A DNA stretch of 64,000 nucleotides. It comes from an uncultured Gemmatimonadales bacterium. Lineage in GTDB: Bacteria; Gemmatimonadota; Gemmatimonadetes; Gemmatimonadales; GWC2-71-9. Positions 58,064 to 64,000 of this stretch are shown piece by piece (position 1 is the stretch's first letter; the number at the start of each line of letters is the position of its first letter). The notes beneath the pieces are model-generated. The model was not told the origin of the DNA. It ran no database searches and was given only the letters and a program-made list of their open reading frames with translations. The stretch covers positions 640,001-704,000 of the forward strand of contig CAVSQW010000015.1 in assembly GCA_963730185.1 (NCBI GenBank), in the 5' to 3' direction. The translations under genes and the position numbers were made by a program.

Positions 58064-59499
58064 ACGTTCACCTCCGCCGTGGGGGCCACCGCGGCGACGT
58101 CGGCGGCCTGGACGATCAGGGGCTCGAGAAACTCGGCCAGGAATTCCCGGACCTGGGCCGGCGCCCGGCCCACGTAGAGGGCCGGATCGAGCTCGGCCCG
58201 GAGTTGCTCCGCCGGCACACCCTGGAATTCGGGGGCGACGGCGAGCCGGTCCAGGAGGTCGTTGGATCCACCTTCACTCACCTGCTCGGCGACCGCGTGG
58301 CTGGCCTGCCGGATCACCTCGTGCAGGACCTGCCGATCGCCGCCCCGCTCGACCCCGAGCATCATCCAGCGCTCGGTGGCCATGAACGGCATCTGCTCGG
58401 CGACGTGCCGGGCGATGACCGCCTCGCGGACCTCGAGGCCGGCCACGATGTTGGTTGCCAGGATCAGGACCGCGTCGGTGGCCAGGAACGCCTCGGGGAG
58501 CGTGAGCCGCCGGTTGGCGCTGTCGTCCAGGGTGCGCTCGAGCCACTGGGTCGCGGCCGTATTGGCGGTGTTGGCGGCCAGCGAGATGACGAACCGGGCC
58601 AAGGCGTTGACCCGCTCCGCCCGCATCGGGTTCCGCTTGTAGGCCATGGCGCTCGAGCCGATCTGGTCGGACTCGAACGGCTCCAGCAGCTCGCCTTCGT
58701 GCTGGAGCAGCCGGAGGTCGGACGCCATCTTGGACGCCGACTGGCTGATCCCGCTGAGGAGATCGAGCACCATGCTGTCGGCTTTGCGGCTGTAGGTCTG
58801 CCCGGTCACCGGAAAGGCGCCGGCGAAGCCCATCTTTTGGGTCACGATCCGGTCCAGGTCACGGACCTTGCCGTGGTCGCCCTTGAAGAGCTCGTAGAAC
58901 GAGGCCTGGGTCCCGGTCGTGCCTTTGCAGCCGCGGAACCGCATCGTGGCCAGGTGATGGAGCAGCGAGGTCGTGTCGAGCGCGAAGTCCTGGGCCCAGA
59001 GCGTGGCCCGCTTGCCGACGGTGGTGAGCTGGGCCGGCTGAAAGTGGGTGTACGCCAGGCACGGCAGATTCGCCTGCTTCTGGGCGAACGCGGCCAGCGA
59101 GCGGAGCAGCGCCACCAGCCGTCCCAGGACCAGCCGGAGGCCGTCGCGGATGATCAGCAGGTCGGCGTTGTCGGTGACGAACGCGCTGGTCGCGCCCAGG
59201 TGGAGGAACGGCCGGGCGGTGGGAGCCTGATCGCCCAGGGCGTGGACGTGGGCCATCACGTCGTGGCGGAACCGGCGCTCGTACTGGGCTGCCACGGCGA
59301 AGTCGCAGTCGTCGAGATGGGCGCGGAGCTCGGCCAGCGCGGCGTCGGGAATGTCGATCCCGAGCTCGCGCTCCGACTCGGCCAGGGCCAGCCAGAGCCG
59401 GCGCCACAGCCCGATCCGGTGGGGGGCGCCCCAGAGGCGCTGCATCGCCGGGGAGGCATACCGCCCGCCCAGCGGGGACTGATAGAGGGGCTCGGTCAT
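58060..59499 (-). CDS. purB: Adenylosuccinate lyase
   Basis: [31 protein letters not shown]. Confidence 0.97.
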   Translation of the reverse strand: MTEPLYQSPLGGRYASPAMQRLWGAPHRIGLWRRLWLALAESERELGIDIPDAALAELRAHLDDCDFAVAAQYERRFRHDVMAHVHALGDQAPTARPFLHLGATSAFVTDNADLLIIRDGLRLVLGRLVALLRSLAAFAQKQANLPCLAYTHFQPAQLTTVGKRATLWAQDFALDTTSLLHHLATMRFRGCKGTTGTQASFYELFKGDHGKVRDLDRIVTQKMGFAGAFPVTGQTYSRKADSMVLDLLSGISQSASKMASDLRLLQHEGELLEPFESDQIGSSAMAYKRNPMRAERVNALARFVISLAANTANTAATQWLERTLDDSANRRLTLPEAFLATDAVLILATNIVAGLEVREAVIARHVAEQMPFMATERWMMLGVERGGDRQVLHEVIRQASHAVAEQVSEGGSNDLLDRLAVAPEFQGVPAEQLRAELDPALYVGRAPAQVREFLAEFLEPLIVQAADVAAVAPTAEVNV

Positions 59500-60929
59500 C
59501 GGAACTGGAGCTCGGTGAAGACCATGGAGCCCTGCCGCTCGAAGGTGATCCGGAAGACCTGCCCGGAGCGCATGCTCTCGAGCAGGCTCGCCACCTGAGC
59601 GGCCGAGGTCACGGCCGTGCGGTTGATGAAAAGGATGACGTCGCCTTCCTGAAGACCGGTGGCGCGTTGCACCTCGTCCGTGATCCGGTAGACCAGGGCA
59701 CCTCGATCGGCCCGGAGATTTCGCTCCGCCTGGACGCTCGGATCGACGGAGACCAGATCGAGGCCTTTGAGCACGGAGACCCGGGCGGCCGTGACGGTCG
59801 GCAGGTCGCCGGTCACGACCCGGAGGGTCCGGGTGCCGGCGCCCTGCTTGATCCGGAGCTGCACCGCGTCGCCGACGTGGAGGTCGAGCTTCACGGCCTC
59901 CCAGTCGAGGTAGTTCCGGAGCCGGCGGCCGTTCGCTTCGACCAGGATCATGCCCTGGCGCACCCCGGCCTTGCCGGCGGGGCCGTCCGGGGCCACCCGG
60001 GTCACCGCCACGCCGCCCTGGCTCTTCCAGTCGCGCATGGCGCCGGCACCGGCCACTTCGAGACCGGTCCAGGCCCGTCGCACCTCGCCCTGCTTGACGA
60101 TCTCGCCCGCCACCCGCACGGCCCGCTCGATCGGGATCGCGAATCCGATTCCGACCGACCCCCCGGAGCTGGTGAAGATGAACGAGTTGACGCCGACGAC
60201 CTCGCCCAGCGCGTTGGTGAGCGGTCCGCCCGAGTTGCCGGGATTGATGGCCGCGTCGGTCTGGATCATGTCCAGGTAGAGGCCGGACTGGTTGCTGCTG
60301 GGCAGCACGTTCCGGCCGGTCGCGCTCACCACCCCGGCGGTGACCGTGGGTTCGGAGTTCCCGAGCAGATAGGTGTATGGGTTCCCGAGGGCGATCACCC
60401 ACTCGCCGATCATCAGGTCGGCGCTCTTGCCGATCGGCGCCGCGGGGATGTCGTGGTCGACCTTGAGCACCGCGATGTCGGTCAGCGGGTCCTCGCCCAG
60501 CAGCGTGGCGTGGTAGTCGGTACCGTCGAGGGTCGAGACGGTGATGCTGTCGGCGCCCTCGGTGCAGTGCTGATTGGTGAGGATGATGCCGTCGGCCCGG
60601 ATCGCGAACCCGGTGCAGTAGCCCTGGACCACCTGCTCGGTGGTCTGGGGCGTGAAGAAGGCGAAGGGATCGAACGGGTCGCGTCCCTGGACCCGGCGCC
60701 GGGAGAGGATACTGATCGATACCACCGAGGGCGACACCCGGGCGGCGGCGTCGACGATGGCGGTCCGGCGAGAGGCGTCGACGGCGGACGAGGCCGCCGG
60801 ATGAGTCGGGGGATCGGAGGGCGTCTGGCCGGCCAGCATCGGCGGCTCCCCCGAGGGTGCGCCGCAGGCAACCAGGAGCGCCGCCAGGGAGGCGGTGACG
60901 ATCAGGCGGTTTCGGGAGACGTGAACCAT
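59496..60929 (-). CDS. HtrA/DegP-like serine protease with two PDZ domains, predicted lipoprotein
   Basis: LLVAC lipobox, TNQH, TDIAVL, QTDAAINPGNSGG. Confidence 0.94.
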   Translation of the reverse strand: MVHVSRNRLIVTASLAALLVACGAPSGEPPMLAGQTPSDPPTHPAASSAVDASRRTAIVDAAARVSPSVVSISILSRRRVQGRDPFDPFAFFTPQTTEQVVQGYCTGFAIRADGIILTNQHCTEGADSITVSTLDGTDYHATLLGEDPLTDIAVLKVDHDIPAAPIGKSADLMIGEWVIALGNPYTYLLGNSEPTVTAGVVSATGRNVLPSSNQSGLYLDMIQTDAAINPGNSGGPLTNALGEVVGVNSFIFTSSGGSVGIGFAIPIERAVRVAGEIVKQGEVRRAWTGLEVAGAGAMRDWKSQGGVAVTRVAPDGPAGKAGVRQGMILVEANGRRLRNYLDWEAVKLDLHVGDAVQLRIKQGAGTRTLRVVTGDLPTVTAARVSVLKGLDLVSVDPSVQAERNLRADRGALVYRITDEVQRATGLQEGDVILFINRTAVTSAAQVASLLESMRSGQVFRITFERQGSMVFTELQFR

Positions 60930-61681
60930 GACTCGGGGTACACCACCTTCATGAAATAGAGTCCCTGGGGCGGAGCCGGTGCGCTGGCCCGGACCAGCGG
61001 GTCGCGGGCCAGCAGCCGCTCCACGTCCTCCACCGGCCGGCGGCCGGCCGCGACGTCGACCATCGTGGCCACCAGGATTCGCACCATATGGTGCAGGAAC
61101 CGGTTGGCCGCCACCTCGAACGCGAACCCCGTTCCGTCGGGGCGGAACGTCCACCGGGCCCGTCGGACGTCGCAGCGGGTGTGCGGCTTGGTCGCGATCT
61201 TGACCGCAAACGCCCCGAAATCGTGCTCGCCCACCAGCGCCGCCGCCGCCCGGTCCAGGAGCGCAGGCTCGAGCGCTCCCGCGCGGGCCCACTCGAACGG
61301 CCGTCGGAACGGCGACCGGGCCTCGCCGTCGGTGCCGAGCCGGTACCGATACTGCCGCTCCATGGCGCTCTTTCGGGCGTGGAACCCGCTTCGGGCCTCG
61401 CGAATCGCGAGGACGAAGCAGTCACCCGGTAGGAGCGCGTTCAGGGCCCGCTCTAACGCGTCCGGGGTCCAGCGGTCGCTCAGGGTGAAGCTCACCCCAA
61501 GCCCCAGCGCGTGGACCCCGGCGTCGGTCCGTCCCGCGGCGTGCACGCGCACCGGTTGGCCCGCGAGCCGTGCGAGGACGGTTTCGACTTCCTGTTGCAC
61601 CGTGCGACCTTCTCGCTGCCGCTGCCAGCCGAGAAACCGGGTTCCATCGAACTGGAGCGTCGCGAGAAACGTCCGCGGCAT
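60902..61681 (-). CDS. truA: tRNA pseudouridine(38-40) synthase
   Basis: GWQRQ, AGRTDAGVHA, FLHHMVR, APPQGL. Confidence 0.97.
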   Translation of the reverse strand: MPRTFLATLQFDGTRFLGWQRQREGRTVQQEVETVLARLAGQPVRVHAAGRTDAGVHALGLGVSFTLSDRWTPDALERALNALLPGDCFVLAIREARSGFHARKSAMERQYRYRLGTDGEARSPFRRPFEWARAGALEPALLDRAAAALVGEHDFGAFAVKIATKPHTRCDVRRARWTFRPDGTGFAFEVAANRFLHHMVRILVATMVDVAAGRRPVEDVERLLARDPLVRASAPAPPQGLYFMKVVYPESWFTSPETA

Positions 61682-61730
61682 GATGGGTAAATCTAGCCGC
61701 GGCGAGAGGGGGGATCAAGCAAGAAACCGC

Positions 61731-62342
61731 TTATTGATACCGCCTGATGACGCCCACCACGACACCCTGAATCAGGAGCTCGTTCTCGGGGAAGCGGAGG
61801 GGTTGCATGGAGGCATTGGCGGGCTGCAGCCGGACCCAGCCGCCGGGCTCGCGGAAGTACCGTTTGACCGTGGCATCGGCCCCGTTGACCAGGGCGATGA
61901 CCATCTCGCCGTTGTCGGCGGTCTGGCGCCCGTGGACCACGACCAGGTCACCGTCGAGGATGTGGTCGTCGATCATCGAGTCGCCCCGGACCCGGAGCGC
62001 GTAGTTCGGGCCCTGGCGCGGCAGCATCTGGTCGGGCACCTGGATGGACTCTCCGTGGAGCACCGATTCGATCGGGGCCCCGGCGGCCACCAGGCCCAGG
62101 AGGGGGATCTCGGAGGCACCGGCCGTGCCCTTCGGGGGCAAGACCTCGATCGACCGGCTCTCGTTGTACGAGCGCCGGATGTAGCCTTTCCGCTCGAGGT
62201 TGCTCAGGTGCTCGTGCACGGTGGCCAGCGACTGAAACGAAAAGTGCTCGGCGATCTCCTCGAAGCTCGGCGCGTAGCCACGGTCGCCGATGTGGGCCTC
62301 GAGGAAGGTGAGGATTTCGCGCTGACGGCGGGTGAGGGCCAT
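61731..62342 (-). CDS. lexA: SOS repressor LexA
   Basis: LTRRQ..PSFEEIA..SLATVHEHL HTH; VAAG cleavage site, GDSM Ser, TVKR Lys. Confidence 0.97.
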   Translation of the reverse strand: MALTRRQREILTFLEAHIGDRGYAPSFEEIAEHFSFQSLATVHEHLSNLERKGYIRRSYNESRSIEVLPPKGTAGASEIPLLGLVAAGAPIESVLHGESIQVPDQMLPRQGPNYALRVRGDSMIDDHILDGDLVVVHGRQTADNGEMVIALVNGADATVKRYFREPGGWVRLQPANASMQPLRFPENELLIQGVVVGVIRRYQ

Positions 62343-62363
62343 GATGAGGACGCTCCGCTGGGG

Positions 62364-62415
62364 CCGAACAAGTACCGAACCGGTTCAAGCTACCCGAACA
62401 TGGCCCGAACCGCAA
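62364..62415 (-). promoter_or_regulatory. lexA promoter (TTGCGG-17-TAGCTT) with two GTTC-N7-GTTC boxes
   Basis: + strand GAAC-aagtacc-GAAC at 62366-62380 and GAAC-atggccc-GAAC at 62396-62410. Confidence 0.75.
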
Positions 62416-62558
62416 GCTGGAGGTCGTTGCGGGCATGGAACTTGGAGGAGACTCCGCCGAAAGGACCGGATTATCTTGGAAATCGCACGACCTCACCTTC
62501 GCGGCTGGCAATTCGGTTTCCACCAGTTCGGGCTCTACCGGGGGGCAGACCCGCGCAC

Positions 62559-64000
62559 ATGATCTCCGACTCGGCTCTCGAACTTCCCGCTCAGCAGGTC
62601 GAGGAGCTGATCCGCACCGTCGTCAAGGCGTTGCGGGCGTTTCAGATGTACCTGCCCAACAACCCGGTCTACCAGCGGTCGGTCGACAGCTTGCGGGGCG
62701 CTTTCAACCCGATCTGGTCGGCCGTGCCCGACCTGACGCTGACGGTGGTGGAGACCGACCTCCTCTGGAACGACCAGGTCGTGTATCACCAGCCGGCCAA
62801 GTCGGAGAGCTTCGCCTGGATGCTCTACAAGGACGGCCTCCGGCACCTGACCCTCCGGCCCGGGGTGGAGGACGAAGAGGTCATCAAGTTCCTCCAGACC
62901 GTGGTCCAGGCTCGGCTGTTGGCCGCCGATGCCGGCGACGATCTCCTGACCCTTCTTTGGGAGCACGACTTTCTGTTCCTGGACTATCGCTTCGCCGAGA
63001 TCATCACCGACACGCTGGCGGTGCTCGATCCCCAGGCGGTGGAGATGGGCGCCGGTCCCGATCCCTATCGCCAGGCCGAGACTCAGCAGAAGATCCGTGA
63101 GGAGCTGGGTCGGTTCAGCCCCGGCATGGTCGACGTCGACGACTTCGATTCGACGCTGTACTTCCTCGACGAAAACGAGATCAACGCCCTCAAGCAGCAG
63201 GTGGACCACGAGTACACCCGGGACATCAGGGTCTCGGCCCTGGCCGCGCTGCTCGACATCTTCGAGCTCCAGCCGACCACGGCCGTCCGGGAAGAGGTGA
63301 TCGGCATCCTGGAGTCGATCTTCCCGACCATGCTCACCCGGGGCGAGTTCCGGCTGGTCGCCTGGCTGCTCCGGGAGCTGCGCCTGATCGGAAGCCGGGT
63401 GGCCCTGATCGACGACGCCGTCCGGTCCAAGCTCGACTCGTTCGAGCTCCGGCTGAGTGAGCCCGCCATTCTGGGCCAAATGCTCCAGGTGGTGGAGGAG
63501 GCCGCCGGCATCGCCAACGACGACGACCTGGCTGAGCTGCTGAAGGAGCTTCGGGTTCCGGCGCTGGAACCGCTCCTGGTCCACTTGGGCCAGGTCCGGG
63601 CCGACCGAGTCCGGACCATTCTGGAGGAGGCGGCCGACCGAATCGTACGGGGGCACATCGACGAGGTGACTCGGATCCTCCGGGATCGGGAGTCGAAGGC
63701 GCTGCCCGAGGCGATCCGGGTCTGCCGGCGGCTGGGGCTCCAGCCGGTGGTCGCTCCGCTCGGCGATCTGGTCGGCCACCCGGAAGCCGAGGTCCGTCTT
63801 GCCGCCGTGGAGACCCTTGGGGCGCTCGGCACGCCCGGCGCGTTGTCGCTCCTGGAGCGCGGTCTCGACGACGAGGAGCACCGGGTCCGGCTGGCGGCCG
63901 TGAACATCGTGGCCCAGCGGGGCTACAAGGGCGCGCTCAAGCGGCTCGAGGCAGTGGTGCTGGGCAAGGGGCCCCGCGAGCTCGAGCGGGCGGAGCGACG
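62559..64000 (+). CDS. HEAT-repeat protein (runs off window end)
   Basis: MISDSALELPAQQVEELIRTVVKALRAFQMYLPNNPVYQ... with C-terminal HPEAEVRLAAVETL / DDEEHRVRLAAV repeats; absent from ORF track because it has no stop. Confidence 0.85.
   Translation, partial: MISDSALELPAQQVEELIRTVVKALRAFQMYLPNNPVYQRSVDSLRGAFNPIWSAVPDLTLTVVETDLLWNDQVVYHQPAKSESFAWMLYKDGLRHLTLRPGVEDEEVIKFLQTVVQARLLAADAGDDLLTLLWEHDFLFLDYRFAEIITDTLAVLDPQAVEMGAGPDPYRQAETQQKIREELGRFSPGMVDVDDFDSTLYFLDENEINALKQQVDHEYTRDIRVSALAALLDIFELQPTTAVREEVIGILESIFPTMLTRGEFRLVAWLLRELRLIGSRVALIDDAVRSKLDSFELRLSEPAILGQMLQVVEEAAGIANDDDLAELLKELRVPALEPLLVHLGQVRADRVRTILEEAADRIVRGHIDEVTRILRDRESKALPEAIRVCRRLGLQPVVAPLGDLVGHPEAEVRLAAVETLGALGTPGALSLLERGLDDEEHRVRLAAVNIVAQRGYKGALKRLEAVVLGKGPRELERAER

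Noticed and set aside
62437..62465. GGAACTT as a sigmaE-type promoter for the HEAT gene
   Set aside because: No matching -10 element at the expected spacing.

Overview
High-GC (~70%) bacterial chromosome segment, most likely Gemmatimonadota (inferred from gene order and protein styles; not database-checked). It is mostly core housekeeping: cmk (partial), rpsA, an acyl-CoA carboxylase cluster, rplM-rpsI-rpsB-tsf-pyrH-frr-uppS-cdsA-dxr-rseP, rpsO-pnp, ald, dut, mreBCD-mrdA-rodA, accD-folC, hisS-proS-lysA-guaA, dusB-larB, tmRNA, purE, ppdK, a reverse-strand truA-htrA-purB-purC-psd-pssA-purS-purQ-(Zn ribbon)-purL-purF run, lexA and a partial HEAT-repeat gene. No CRISPR, prophage, IS, rRNA or tRNA was seen. 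Most notable: (1) an AhpD/CMD-family gene split in the ORF track by an in-frame TGA in a C-x-x-U motif, with a SECIS-like hairpin (probable selenoprotein), bracketed by heptamer repeat tracts; (2) a ~4.2 kb block between dxr and rseP encoding a phosphorylation-type ECF sigma, a TPR Ser/Thr kinase, a beta-barrel-like protein and a free-standing 58-aa copy of the kinase N-terminal domain (possible decoy regulator); (3) two GTTC-N7-GTTC boxes over the lexA promoter; (4) several apparently leaderless genes; (5) an HtrA with a chymotrypsin-like Cys pair. The frameshifts in the ADOP permease and ppdK look like sequence indel errors.
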